A DNA stretch of 64,000 bases from Bacillota bacterium (lineage in GTDB: Bacteria > Bacillota > Sulfobacillia > JACIYH01): assembly GCA_040757085.1 (NCBI GenBank), contig JBFLXJ010000023.1:64457-128456 (forward strand). Reading direction: 5' to 3'. Of this stretch, positions 29,347-38,872 are shown piece by piece. The stretch's first letter is position 1. The number at the start of each line of letters is the position of its first letter. The translations under genes and the position numbers were made by a program. A model generated the notes under the pieces. The model was not told where the DNA came from. It searched no databases and saw only the letters and a list, made by a program, of their open reading frames with translations.

Positions 29347-30726
29347 TTGGGGGTGAGCAGGATGAGCGTGATCGAATCCACCACCCGGGTGGCAGGACGG
29401 TTGGGAGTTACCCTGCTGGTGGGCTACCTGTGCCGTGATCCGGAACAAAATGTCGCCCGGCTGGTGAGCCTCCTTAAGCGGCTGGCACCCGGCGCCCATG
29501 ACCGTCATACCATAGACGTCCTGGTATCGCGCATCATGTCCGATCCCCGCGCCCGTCGGCGGTTGCGGGAACTGGAGCGCAATCCCCGTTTTCTGCAGCG
29601 ATGGATCTGTAACTGGGTGCTGGACACCATGTTCGTGGGGAACCGGCTGCGCCAACGAATGAGCAAGCGTCTCGGGGTTCACCTCCCCCAGTTCATGCTC
29701 ATCGATCCCACCGAGGCCTGCAACCTTCGCTGCCAGGGATGCTGGGCGGGTGAGTACCAGCCCCGCACCATGCCTCTTGAAACCCTCGACCGCATCCTCA
29801 ATGAGGGGAAGCGGTTGGGGATGCACTGGATCGTTATGTCGGGCGGAGAACCATTCGCCTACAAGCACATTTTGGACGTTTTCCGCAAGCACCCGGATAT
29901 CTCGTTCATGGTGTACACCAACGGGACCCTGATCGACGACCGGGTGGCGGATGTGCTCGCCGAGGCAGGCAACGTCTCTCCCTGCTTCAGCCTGGAAGGG
30001 TGGCGGGACACCACCGATGCTCGTCGCGGCCCCGGCGTGTTCGACAAGGTGATGGCGGCCATGGACCGCCTGCGGCAACGCGGGGTTCTGTTCGGGGCAT
30101 CCTTCACGGTGACCAGGGAAAACGTGGAGGAGCTGTTCGCCGACGAGTTCATAGACTTCCTCATTGACAAAGGTGTGGTGTATTGCTGGAGCTTCCACTA
30201 CGTGCCGGTGGGACGCGACCCGGACCCCGGCCTGATGATCACGCCCGAGCAGCGGGAGTGGCTGGCCCACCGCGTCCCCGAAATCCGCGGCTCCAAGCCC
30301 ATCCTGCTGGCCGATTTCTGGAACGACGGTCACATTACCGGCGGCTGCATCGCCGGAGGCAGGTATTACTTCATAAACGCCGCCGGCGAGGTCGAGCCGT
30401 GTGCCTTCGCCCACTTTGCGGTGGACAACATCATGGACAAACCCCTCGTGGAAGTGCTCAGGTCGCCCATCTTCCTGGCATACCAGAAGCGCCAGCCCTT
30501 CAACGACACCCACTGGGCGCCCTGTCCCATCATAGACGCCCCCGCAGCGCTGCGGGACATCGTGGCGGAAAGCGGTGCCCATCCCACCCACCCCGGGGCC
30601 GAATCCATCCTGGGAGGCGATATCGCCCGTCACCTGGACCAGCGCGCCCAGGAGTGGCTCTCCCGTGCCCGCCGCATGGAGGCCGAGCGGGCCGCCGCGG
30701 CCGCCCGTGCCCGCCGCGCCGGCTAA
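29347..30726 (+). CDS. radical SAM enzyme with about 115-aa N-terminal extension and C-terminal auxiliary Cys cluster (SPASM/twitch-like)
   Basis: CX3CX2C (EACNLRCQGCWAGEY) begins near residue 120. SAM-binding GGEP (WIVMSGGEPF). Downstream Cys pattern GGCIAGGRYYFINAAGEVEPCAFAHF...WAPCP. T-rich, atypically AT-rich 45-nt upstream spacer. Confidence 0.8.
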   Translation: MGVSRMSVIESTTRVAGRLGVTLLVGYLCRDPEQNVARLVSLLKRLAPGAHDRHTIDVLVSRIMSDPRARRRLRELERNPRFLQRWICNWVLDTMFVGNRLRQRMSKRLGVHLPQFMLIDPTEACNLRCQGCWAGEYQPRTMPLETLDRILNEGKRLGMHWIVMSGGEPFAYKHILDVFRKHPDISFMVYTNGTLIDDRVADVLAEAGNVSPCFSLEGWRDTTDARRGPGVFDKVMAAMDRLRQRGVLFGASFTVTRENVEELFADEFIDFLIDKGVVYCWSFHYVPVGRDPDPGLMITPEQREWLAHRVPEIRGSKPILLADFWNDGHITGGCIAGGRYYFINAAGEVEPCAFAHFAVDNIMDKPLVEVLRSPIFLAYQKRQPFNDTHWAPCPIIDAPAALRDIVAESGAHPTHPGAESILGGDIARHLDQRAQEWLSRARRMEAERAAAAARARRAG

Positions 30727-30921
30727 CGCCGCATCTGCCCGCCCTGCCCCCGCGCATTGAAGGCAGGGCCGGCGCTGTGCTATAATTCGAGTGTCCCGCA
30801 GCCTGCGGGCCTATTTGTGTGTCTGCCCGCGTGTCACGCGCAGCCGGCGGGTGTGTCGCTGACGGCGAGGCCTGTGCCGCAGGCGGCGGGTATGTGCGGA
30901 CACGGCAGAAAGAGGTGCGGC

Positions 30922-31200
30922 ATGAAGCCCAAGATTCATCCGGAATATCATATGGCCACCATCACCTGTGCCTGTGGTGCCGTATACCATGTGGGCTCCA
31001 CCAAGAAGAGCGTGAGGGTGGAGGTGTGCTCCAAGTGCCACCCCTTCTTCACGGGGGTCCACAAGCTGGTGGATACCGGCGGCCGGGTAGAGCGGTTCTT
31101 GCGCAAGTACGGGAAGACCGAGGACCGGGCCGGGAAGACGGAGGCCGAGGAGACGGGAACCCGGATCGGGGATACTCCGGAGAAGGTGGAGGCCAAGTAG
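30922..31200 (+). CDS. rpmE: 50S ribosomal protein L31 (type A, Zn-ribbon)
   Basis: ATG 30922 after [30 protein letters not shown]...[13 protein letters not shown]...DTGGRVERF matches L31 with the CxC...CxxCH zinc motif. The track ORF start at 30757 is probably upstream of the true start. Confidence 0.9.
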   Translation: MKPKIHPEYHMATITCACGAVYHVGSTKKSVRVEVCSKCHPFFTGVHKLVDTGGRVERFLRKYGKTEDRAGKTEAEETGTRIGDTPEKVEAK

Positions 31201-31209
31201 GGGAGACCC

Positions 31210-32091
31210 TTGGAAAGGGCAACCTACGGCGGTCAGGCGGTCATCGAAGGTGTGATGATGCGGGGCCCGGGGCGGATAGCCGTGGCCCTGCGCCGTCCTG
31301 ACGGGAAAGTGGGAGTCATCACTCAGGAGTTCGCGGGCTGGGCCCGCGGTCGTCCCTACCTGAAGTGGCCCATCATCCGGGGTGCAGTTGCCCTGGGGGA
31401 GGCCCTGGTACTGGGGGTGTCGTCCCTGCTCCTTTCCGCCCGCGAAGCTGCCGAGGCGGAGGGCCAGAGGGTGGGCAAGGCGGAGATGGCGGGGACGCTG
31501 GCCCTGAGCGTGGTGCTGGCAGTGGTACTGTTCATCCTGGTGCCCACGTGGGTGGTGGCGCCCCTGGGACGGGCGGCGGCCCAACCCTGGCTGCTGAACC
31601 TGGGCGAGGGCCTGGTTCGGGTGCTCATCCTGATTGGGTACGTGGCCGCCATCTCGCGCATCCGGGAGATCCGGCGCGTGCTGGAGTACCATGGCGCCGA
31701 GCACAAGGTGATATGGGCCTACGAGTCGGGTGGCCCGCTGACGGTAGAATGGGCCCGGCTGCAGCCCCGGCTCCACCCCCGTTGCGGTACCGCATTCCTG
31801 CTGGTGGCGGCCGCGGTCAGCATCCTTTGCTTTGCCTTCCTGGGCTGGCCGGGGTTGTTCTGGCGGGTGACCTCGCGCCTGGCCCTGCTACCGCTGGTGG
31901 CGGGCGTGGCGTATGAGGGGATCAGGTTCTCGGCCCGCCCGGGCGTCCTGGCCCGCGTTCTGGCCCGGCCGGGGATGTGGCTGCAGGGCTTCACCACCAG
32001 GGAGCCGGACGACAGTCAGATTGAGGTCGCCATCTGCGCACTCGAGGCCGTGCTGGACCGGGGGGACGGCGATGGCACGCTGGCAAGATAA
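31210..32091 (+). CDS. DUF1385 family membrane protein (YqhQ-like)
   Basis: [14 protein letters not shown]-terminal signature, several TM helices. Position between rpmE and prfA is as in many Firmicutes. Confidence 0.7.
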   Translation: MERATYGGQAVIEGVMMRGPGRIAVALRRPDGKVGVITQEFAGWARGRPYLKWPIIRGAVALGEALVLGVSSLLLSAREAAEAEGQRVGKAEMAGTLALSVVLAVVLFILVPTWVVAPLGRAAAQPWLLNLGEGLVRVLILIGYVAAISRIREIRRVLEYHGAEHKVIWAYESGGPLTVEWARLQPRLHPRCGTAFLLVAAAVSILCFAFLGWPGLFWRVTSRLALLPLVAGVAYEGIRFSARPGVLARVLARPGMWLQGFTTREPDDSQIEVAICALEAVLDRGDGDGTLAR

Positions 32092-33160
32092 GCTTGCATC
32101 TGTGGAAGAAAGATATCGAGAACTGGAGGCCATGCTGGCCGACCCGGAGGTAATTCGCCGGGGCGACTGGCAGGAGGTGGCCCGGGAACGGGCGCGCCTG
32201 GAGCCCCTGGTGGAAAAGTACCGGGAGTACCGCCGGGTCGAGGAAGAGCGGGCGGGATTGCATGAACTCCTGCGCACCGAGTCGGACCCCGAACTGCGCC
32301 AGCTCGCCCAGGCAGAACTGGAAGAACTCAACGAGCGGCAGGAGGAACTGGACCGGCAGATCCGCATCCTGCTTCTGCCCCGTGATCCCAACGATGAGCG
32401 CAACGTGGTGATGGAGATCCGCGCCGGCACCGGGGGAGAGGAAGCCGCCCTCTTCGCCGCCGATCTCTACCGCATGTACACCCGTTACGCAGAGGCCAAG
32501 GGATGGCGAACCGAAGTGCTCAGCGCCAACCCCACCGACCTGGGTGGTTTCAAAGAAGTGGTATTCGCGGTAGAGGGAAACGGCGCGTACAGCCGGCTCA
32601 AGTACGAGAGCGGCGTGCACCGGGTCCAGCGCATCCCCGTGACCGAGGCGGGCGGGCGCATCCACACCTCGACGGCCACCGTGGCCGTCCTGCCCGAGGC
32701 GGAAGAGGTGGATGTGGAGATAAACCCCGAAGACCTGCACATCGACACCTTCTGTGCCGGCGGGCCGGGCGGCCAGCACGTGAACAAGACCGAGTCGGCC
32801 GTGCGCATCATCCACCGGCCCACCGGGATCATGGTGACGTGCCAGGACGAGCGTTCCCAGCACAAGAATCGGGAGAAAGCCATGCGCGTCCTGCGGGCGC
32901 GCCTCAAGGAATTCTACCGCCAGCAGCAGGAGGACGCAGTAGATGAGGAGAGGCGGGCCCAGGTGGGGACGGGGGAACGGTCAGAGCGCATCCGCACCTA
33001 CAACTTCCCCCAGGGCCGGGTTTCCGACCATCGCATCGGACTCACCCTTTACCGCCTTGGGAGCATCCTGGAGGGAGACCTGGACGAGATCATCGATGCC
33101 CTCATCGCCCATTACCAGGCCGAGCGCTTGCGGGGAGAAGAGGCGGTGGCCGGGCGGTGA
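32072..33160 (+). CDS. prfA: peptide chain release factor 1
   Basis: ATG at 32072 ([27 protein letters not shown]). GGQ motif [16 protein letters not shown]. PxT-type domain order. 20-nt overlap with the upstream gene. Confidence 0.95.
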   Translation: MARWQDKLASVEERYRELEAMLADPEVIRRGDWQEVARERARLEPLVEKYREYRRVEEERAGLHELLRTESDPELRQLAQAELEELNERQEELDRQIRILLLPRDPNDERNVVMEIRAGTGGEEAALFAADLYRMYTRYAEAKGWRTEVLSANPTDLGGFKEVVFAVEGNGAYSRLKYESGVHRVQRIPVTEAGGRIHTSTATVAVLPEAEEVDVEINPEDLHIDTFCAGGPGGQHVNKTESAVRIIHRPTGIMVTCQDERSQHKNREKAMRVLRARLKEFYRQQQEDAVDEERRAQVGTGERSERIRTYNFPQGRVSDHRIGLTLYRLGSILEGDLDEIIDALIAHYQAERLRGEEAVAGR

Positions 33161-34104
33161 CCGCGTGGTGCGTCCGGGAGGTCCTGGCCTGGGCTACCCG
33201 GTGGCTGGAACGGTGCGGGGTGGCCGGCGCCGCCACGGATGCCGCCATCCTGCTCGGCGAGGTCCTGGGCACGGACAGGGCCGGAGTGTACGCGCAGGGG
33301 GACAGGGAGGTTACTCCCGAGCAACTGAGAGCCTTCTGGAGGCTGGTGAGGAGGCGGGCGCGGCGGGAGCCCCTTGCTTACATAACGGGGCGGCGCGACT
33401 TCATGTCCCTCGGCTTCCTCGTCGACAGGCGGGTCCTCATCCCGCGCCCGGAAACGGAAATCCTGATAGAAGAAGCCCTGGCTCGTTTGCGCGGGTACGC
33501 GGCCGGCCCGGCCAGCAGGTGTGGTGGCGCCGGCGGGGGGACTGCCGATGGCGCGGGCGGGGGGACGGTGCGGGTGGCGGATGTGGGCACGGGAAGCGGG
33601 GCAATCGCCGTTTCCCTGGCTTACTATCTGCCCGGGTGCCGGGTGGTGGCATCGGACGTGTCGCCCGGGGCGCTGGAGGTGGCGCGGGAAAACGCCCGCC
33701 GTCACGGTGTGGCCGGGCGGGTGACGTTTGTGGAGGGCGATGGGCCGGAGCCCCTGCGTCCCTGGGCGCCATATGCGGCCATCCTGTGTAACCCTCCATA
33801 CGTCGGCGAGGGGGAGGAGGTTGACCCCGAGGTCCGCTACGAACCCCGGGAGGCGTGGTTCGCCGGGCCCGATCCTCTGGACCCTTACCGGAAGTTGGTT
33901 GCCGCGGTGGAACTTCTTGAACCGGGGGGTTTTCTGGCGGTGGAAGTGGGGGCGGGGCGGGCCCCGGCGGTGGTGGAGGTCTTCGCCCGGTACCTGGTCG
34001 ACATGGCGGTGCGAGAAGACCTGGCCGGGATTCCCCGCGTGGTGGTGGGTCACGCGCCGGTTCACCCCCGGGGACGGGAATGTGCAAGCGGGGGATGTCC
34101 GTGA
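33157..34104 (+). CDS. prmC: release factor glutamine N5-methyltransferase PrmC (HemK)
   Basis: NPPY motif ([12 protein letters not shown]). SAM-binding [12 protein letters not shown]. Contains a Gly-rich insertion ([21 protein letters not shown]). Confidence 0.85.
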   Translation: MTAWCVREVLAWATRWLERCGVAGAATDAAILLGEVLGTDRAGVYAQGDREVTPEQLRAFWRLVRRRARREPLAYITGRRDFMSLGFLVDRRVLIPRPETEILIEEALARLRGYAAGPASRCGGAGGGTADGAGGGTVRVADVGTGSGAIAVSLAYYLPGCRVVASDVSPGALEVARENARRHGVAGRVTFVEGDGPEPLRPWAPYAAILCNPPYVGEGEEVDPEVRYEPREAWFAGPDPLDPYRKLVAAVELLEPGGFLAVEVGAGRAPAVVEVFARYLVDMAVREDLAGIPRVVVGHAPVHPRGRECASGGCP

Positions 34105-35222
34105 ACACGGAAGTCGTGAAAGTCGACCCCCGGCAGCCCGACCGCACGCTGGTTGCCCGCGCGGCGCGGGTGATCAGGCACGGAGGCCTGGTGGCCTTCC
34201 CGACTGAAACCGTCTACGGCCTGGGTGCCGACGGGCTCAATCCCGAGGCGGCGAAGAAGCTATTTTTGGTCAAGGGACGCCCGCAGGACAACCCCTTCAT
34301 CCTGCACGTGGCGTCGGTGGAGCAGGCCTGGGCCCTGGTGGACTGGGGCACCGGCGACCGTGTCCGCGCCGGCGGCAGTGAGCGGGCGGCGCGGGCGGTC
34401 GGGGAGGCAGTAAGAGAGGGGGCAGTGGCGGTGGGGGAGGCGGCGGCTGAGCTGGCCGGACGCTTCTGGCCGGGTCCCCTCACCCTGGTGTTGCCGGCGG
34501 CCGGGCGGGTCCCCCGCGAGGTAACCGCCGGGCTGGATACGGTGGCCATCCGCATGCCCGACCATCCCGTGGCCCTCGCCCTCATCCAGGAGGCGGGGTG
34601 CCCCCTGGCGGGTCCCTCTGCCAACATTTCCGGGCGGCCCAGCCCCACCACGGCGGACCACGTGCTGGAGGACCTGGGGGGCCGCATCGAGATGATCCTG
34701 GATGCCGGCCCCACCGGGGTGGGAGTGGAATCCACCGTGCTGGACCTCACTCGCCATCCTCCCGTCATCCTGCGTCCGGGAGGGGTGACGGCGGAGATGC
34801 TGGTGGAGGTACTGGGTGAAGTGAGGGACTTGACCCCGGGCGAAATCGGGACCGGGCCGGCCCCCTCGCCCGGCACCAAGTACCGGCACTATGCTCCCCG
34901 GGTGCCCCTGTTGCTGGCGGCAGAGTTGCCGCCGGCAGGACTTGCCCGTCTGCTGGCCGAAGGAAAACGGCTGGAGGAAGCCGGCCGCCGGGTGGGGGTG
35001 CTGGTGGCCGAGGAGGAAGCCCCGCTCATTCCCGCCTCCTGGCAGGTGCGTGTGGTGGGCAGCCGGAGCCGCCCCCGGGAGATTGCGGCCCGCCTGTTCG
35101 GTGCCATGCGGGACCTGGAAAGGCTGGGGGTGGACGTCATCCTCGCCTTGCCTTATGCTGAGGAGGGATTAGGGCGGGCGATCATGAACCGTCTCCGTAA
35201 GGCATCCTCGGGGCCGCTGTAG
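34095..35222 (+). CDS. sua5: L-threonylcarbamoyladenylate synthase (Sua5/YwlC; long form with Sua5 C-terminal domain)
   Basis: VIRHGGLVAFPTETVYGLGADGLNPEAAKKLFLVKGRPQDNPFILHV is the YrdC signature. About 30-aa Ala/Gly-rich insertion. C-terminal Sua5 domain. Confidence 0.85.
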   Translation: MSVNTEVVKVDPRQPDRTLVARAARVIRHGGLVAFPTETVYGLGADGLNPEAAKKLFLVKGRPQDNPFILHVASVEQAWALVDWGTGDRVRAGGSERAARAVGEAVREGAVAVGEAAAELAGRFWPGPLTLVLPAAGRVPREVTAGLDTVAIRMPDHPVALALIQEAGCPLAGPSANISGRPSPTTADHVLEDLGGRIEMILDAGPTGVGVESTVLDLTRHPPVILRPGGVTAEMLVEVLGEVRDLTPGEIGTGPAPSPGTKYRHYAPRVPLLLAAELPPAGLARLLAEGKRLEEAGRRVGVLVAEEEAPLIPASWQVRVVGSRSRPREIAARLFGAMRDLERLGVDVILALPYAEEGLGRAIMNRLRKASSGPL

Positions 35223-35240
35223 AAAAGGGGAAGGACACGG

Positions 35241-36332
35241 ATGGAAGGGTTGCCTGACTGGTTGCAGGAACTGATGCAGTTGCCCGAAGATGAAGCCCGG
35301 CGGACCGTGGGCGCCCTGGCCGCGGAGAAGACGCCGGAGTCGGCGCAGCGCCTGCGCCTGGTGGAAGAGGCGGGTCCTCCGGCCCTGCGCAAGGAGGCCC
35401 GGCGGGCCCTCTACCGGCTGCGGGCGGCGGGGGTGGAAATTCCTCCGCCCAAGCCGGCGCTGGCTGCTACCGGTCCCACGCGGGCGCTGATCTCCTGGGT
35501 TGACCGCGACGGCTACAAGATGGTGGTCTGCTTGGTCGACCGCCCCTCGGGCGGGGCCCGGTTTACGAGGGTGCTACTGGGTGACGAGGGGATCGTGCAG
35601 GCCGAGCTCACCGAGATGAGTCCGGGTCAACTGAAGCGGGTGATGAGGGACCTGGCGGGGCCGGAACTGCGCATGGTGGAATGCCCGGTACCTTACGCTC
35701 AACGTGCGGTTGCTGAGGCCGCCTCGCGCGGGATGCCGGATGATCCCGGGGAGCGGGGGGTGGCGGAGGCGGTGGTGCGCACCGTGGGGCGGCCGGCGGA
35801 GGAGGTGCCTCACCCCGCCTACGGGGTGCTGGATCCCCTGGCCATCAAGTGGGATCCTGACCTCCTGCCCAGTACCCCGCGGTTGCTTGAGACGGAGGAG
35901 ATCGGGAGCTGGGTGCTGCCGCCTGACCGGGTTGCCCGGTGGGTGGAACGCCATGAGGAGATGGCGTCCAGCCCCCTGATCGTCGACCCGGCCACGGCGC
36001 GCGCGCGGTATCGTCAGCTTCTGGGCGAGGCCGTCCGCGAGCTTTTCCCGCCCGAAAGCCTGTCCTCCTGGCGTCGGCGGCTTGAGGACATGGCATACTA
36101 CTTCTACCGGCGCAAAGAGGAGCGCAACGCCAGGCTGGCCCTGGCGGCCGCCCTGGCATTGGGAGCGGGTCAGGATAAGGCTGCGGACGGGCCGGGCCCC
36201 GGGGAGGCCGCCTCCGCGGAGATCGACAGCCACCCCTTCCTGCTGGCCCTGGTGGAAAAGAGCCTGCAGGCGGCCAGCCGGCACCGGGAAACGGGTGAGG
36301 AGCGCGGGCGTATCATTGTCCCCCGGAGGTGA
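35241..36332 (+). CDS. hypothetical protein (363 aa), no recognisable motif
   Basis: Long ORF between sua5 and ywlE with a proper gene-sized gap and an ATG start. Coding-like composition (Glu/Arg/Leu-rich), no TM segments. I recognise no family. Confidence 0.5.
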   Translation: MEGLPDWLQELMQLPEDEARRTVGALAAEKTPESAQRLRLVEEAGPPALRKEARRALYRLRAAGVEIPPPKPALAATGPTRALISWVDRDGYKMVVCLVDRPSGGARFTRVLLGDEGIVQAELTEMSPGQLKRVMRDLAGPELRMVECPVPYAQRAVAEAASRGMPDDPGERGVAEAVVRTVGRPAEEVPHPAYGVLDPLAIKWDPDLLPSTPRLLETEEIGSWVLPPDRVARWVERHEEMASSPLIVDPATARARYRQLLGEAVRELFPPESLSSWRRRLEDMAYYFYRRKEERNARLALAAALALGAGQDKAADGPGPGEAASAEIDSHPFLLALVEKSLQAASRHRETGEERGRIIVPRR

Positions 36333-36335
36333 ACG

Positions 36336-36830
36336 ATGGCCACGGCGGGCAAAGTGCTGTTCGTGTGCGCCGGGAACACCTGCCGCAGCCCCATGGCGGC
36401 GGCCCTGTTCCGGCGTCTGATCAGCGAGGAATGGTCCGACCAACTGGGTGGTCTGGAGGTCCTTTCGGCGGGGATATCGGCCCTGGACGGCGAGCCCGCC
36501 TCGCGGCAGGCAATTTCCGTGATGGCCAGGCGGGGGCTGGATCTCACTTCCCACCGGTCGAGGAGGCTTCTCCCGGAGATGGTGCGGGAGGCTACCTGGG
36601 TGCTGACCATGACCGGGGCACAGCGTTCCGAGGTGCTCAGGCTGGTCCCGGAAGCCCGCGACCGTGTTTTCGTGCTGAAGTACTTCCCCCCCGGCGAGGG
36701 GGAGCCCGGCCCCGAGCACGACGTGGACGATCCCGTAGGGGGACCGGAAGAGGTTTACGAAGACGTGGCGCAGGAACTGGAACAGGCCCTGCGGCGGGTA
36801 GCCGGGTACCTGGCCGAGCAGGATTGCTGA
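36336..36830 (+). CDS. ywlE: low-molecular-weight protein phosphatase (YwlE-type protein-arginine/tyrosine phosphatase)
   Basis: P-loop KVLFVCAGNTCRSPMAAALF (CX5R). 164 aa. Conserved position after sua5. Confidence 0.85.
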   Translation: MATAGKVLFVCAGNTCRSPMAAALFRRLISEEWSDQLGGLEVLSAGISALDGEPASRQAISVMARRGLDLTSHRSRRLLPEMVREATWVLTMTGAQRSEVLRLVPEARDRVFVLKYFPPGEGEPGPEHDVDDPVGGPEEVYEDVAQELEQALRRVAGYLAEQDC

Positions 36831-36850
36831 CTGCTGGCGGCGCGGGAGAG

Positions 36851-37327
36851 GTGAGGGGTTTGCGGGTGGCGGTCGGTGCTGACCACGGCGGTTTCCCGCT
36901 CAAGGGAGTGCTGATCGAGGTACTGCGCGGCGAGGGTGCCGAGATCCTGGACTTCGGCACCGACTCACCGGCGGCGTGCGATTACCCCGACCTGGCCCTC
37001 CCGGTGGCGCGGGCGGTGGGGGAGGGACGGGCCGACTGGGGTCTCCTCATATGCGGTACCGGCATCGGTATGTCCATGGTGGCCAATAAGGTTCCGGGCG
37101 TGCGGGCCGCTCTCTGTCATGACCCCTACTCGGCACGCATGGCACGCGAGCACAACGACGCCAACGTGCTTTGCCTGGGGGCCCGCGTGATAGGCCCCGG
37201 CCTGGCTGAAGAGGTTTTGCGCGCGTTCATCAGGGCGCGATTCGCGGGCGGCAGGCACGCCCGCCGGGTGGACAAGATCCGGGCCTGGGAAGCTGGGGGG
37301 CGAGCTGGTGGCCAACGAGGGGATTGA
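36851..37327 (+). CDS. rpiB: ribose-5-phosphate isomerase B
   Basis: GTG 36851. LRVAVGADHGGFPLK...LLICGTGIGMSMVANKVPGVRAAL...ANVLCLGARVIG are RpiB/LacAB signatures. The track's 36329.. ORF start is probably upstream of the true start. Confidence 0.85.
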   Translation: MRGLRVAVGADHGGFPLKGVLIEVLRGEGAEILDFGTDSPAACDYPDLALPVARAVGEGRADWGLLICGTGIGMSMVANKVPGVRAALCHDPYSARMAREHNDANVLCLGARVIGPGLAEEVLRAFIRARFAGGRHARRVDKIRAWEAGGRAGGQRGD

Positions 37328-37898
37328 GGTCGAGGCGATCCGGGAGAGCGTGGCGCAGGCCACCCTGGGGCTGATCGAGGTGGCGGGGCTGAAGCCGGGG
37401 TCGCTGCTGGTGGTGGGATGCAGCACCAGCGAGGTGCTGGGATACCGCATCGGCAAGGCCTCCAGCCTGGAGGTGGGGCAGGTGGTCGCCAGTACCTTGC
37501 TCGAGATCCTGTCTCCCCGCGGGATATACCTGGCTGCCCAGGGTTGCGAGCACATAAACCGGGCCCTGGTGGTGGAAAGAGAATATCAGGAACGTCATGA
37601 CCTGGAAGAGGTCACGGTGTGGCCGGTGCCGCGGGCGGGCGGGGCGTTTGCCAGCGCCGCCATCGATCTGTACCGCGACCCTGTAATGGTGCGGGCCGTA
37701 CAGGCCCAGGCCGGGATGGATATCGGGCACACCCTCATCGGGATGCACATAAAGCCCGTCGCGGTGCCGGTGCGGTTGGCCGTCACCCACGTGGGGAAGG
37801 CCTGCCTGGTGCTGGCTCGCAGCCGGCCTCCCCTCGTGGGAGGAGAACGGGCTGTCTACCGTCGTCCGGGGGCGCCCCCGCCCCCTCCCGAGAAGTAG
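37308..37898 (+). CDS. TIGR01440/DUF436 family protein (YwlG-like)
   Basis: GSLLVVGCSTSEVLGYRIGKASSLEVGQVV...IYLAAQGCEHINRALVVE matches the DUF436 family. Conserved neighbour of rpiB. Confidence 0.75.
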   Translation: MANEGIEVEAIRESVAQATLGLIEVAGLKPGSLLVVGCSTSEVLGYRIGKASSLEVGQVVASTLLEILSPRGIYLAAQGCEHINRALVVEREYQERHDLEEVTVWPVPRAGGAFASAAIDLYRDPVMVRAVQAQAGMDIGHTLIGMHIKPVAVPVRLAVTHVGKACLVLARSRPPLVGGERAVYRRPGAPPPPPEK

Positions 37899-37946
37899 GG
37901 ACCGCTCGCCGGGCGGGAACCGGACGGTCAGCAAAGGAGTCTTTTT

Positions 37947-38585
37947 ATGTTGAGCGGCTTGGTGAGGAGTGATCCGTTGACGGAACAGGAAGGGGAAGTC
38001 CCCTCCGGCCGCGAAGATATGGGCCCGGACAAGCCTGGCGGCACGCCGGACAGGCTCGCTGGTATACCGGATGACCTGTCCGGCGTGCCGGAGAGACCGA
38101 CTCGTCCCACCTGGGACGAATACTTTATGAAGGTGGCCCGGGTGGTGGCGGGTCGGTCAACCTGCCTGCGGCGGCAGGTGGGGGCGGTGATCGTCAGGGA
38201 CAAGCGCATCCTGGCCACCGGGTACAACGGGGCGCCCAGCGGCCTGCCCCACTGCCTGGACATCGGGTGCCTGCGGGATCAGGTGGGGGCCCTCTCGGGT
38301 GAGAGGCAGGAAGTTTGCCGGGCCTCTCACGCCGAGCAGAACGCCCTGGTACAGGCTGCCCGCTACGGTATCGCGGTCGAAGGGGGTAATCTGTACTGCA
38401 CCACCTTCCCGTGCTCCATCTGCGCCAAGATGCTGGTAAATGCCGGCATCCGGCGGGTGGTTTACGAGGAGGAGTACTCAGATCCTCTGGCCAGGGAGAT
38501 CCTGGACCTGGCGGGAATGGAAGTGGTGAAGATTGAAAGTCCCCGGCTGCGAGACGAAGACCATAGCCCTGCCCCGGCTCAATAG
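37947..38585 (+). CDS. comEB: dCMP deaminase (ComEB-type) with about 50-aa N-terminal low-complexity extension
   Basis: [18 protein letters not shown]...GYNGAPSG...[11 protein letters not shown]...[22 protein letters not shown] carries the HAE and PCxxC zinc motifs. The true start may be internal (GTG near 38085). Confidence 0.8.
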   Translation: MLSGLVRSDPLTEQEGEVPSGREDMGPDKPGGTPDRLAGIPDDLSGVPERPTRPTWDEYFMKVARVVAGRSTCLRRQVGAVIVRDKRILATGYNGAPSGLPHCLDIGCLRDQVGALSGERQEVCRASHAEQNALVQAARYGIAVEGGNLYCTTFPCSICAKMLVNAGIRRVVYEEEYSDPLAREILDLAGMEVVKIESPRLRDEDHSPAPAQ

Positions 38586-38859
38586 ACTGCGGCCCACCCT
38601 GGAATCCACCGCGCTCAAGCTCATGGAAGAGGCGGGAGAGCTGGGTGCCGCTATCGGCAAGCTGCGGGGCATGAACGGAGAACAGGTGGCGGCGGCGGGG
38701 CCGGCCGTGTACCGGGCCATCTGCCGGGAACTACTGGATGTGGCCCAGACCGCCATCACCATGATGTACGTCCTGGAAGAGCAGCACGGGGTAGACATCG
38801 AACAAGCTCTGGCCGAGCACATCGAGAAGCTGCTGTCCAAGGGGTACCTGAAGCTGTAG
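38533..38859 (+). CDS. MazG-like nucleotide pyrophosphohydrolase (YpjD-like, small)
   Basis: [16 protein letters not shown]...[18 protein letters not shown] is the MazG EExxE helix pair. TTG start giving YpjD-like spacing. Overlaps the comEB 3' end by 53 nt. Confidence 0.55.
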   Translation: MKVPGCETKTIALPRLNRLRPTLESTALKLMEEAGELGAAIGKLRGMNGEQVAAAGPAVYRAICRELLDVAQTAITMMYVLEEQHGVDIEQALAEHIEKLLSKGYLKL

Positions 38860-38872
38860 CGGGGGGTCGACA

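Noticed and set aside
30757-30921. Cys-rich 55-aa N-terminal extension on L31 in the track ORF
   Set aside because: The canonical L31 start MKPKIHP, with a good RBS, sits at 30922. The extension has no ribosomal-protein counterpart
36329-37327. 332-aa track ORF spanning ywlE and rpiB in one frame
   Set aside because: Only the 3' portion (from the GTG at 36851) aligns to RpiB motifs. The 5' 170 codons overlap ywlE in another frame and read as low-complexity Gly/Arg sequence
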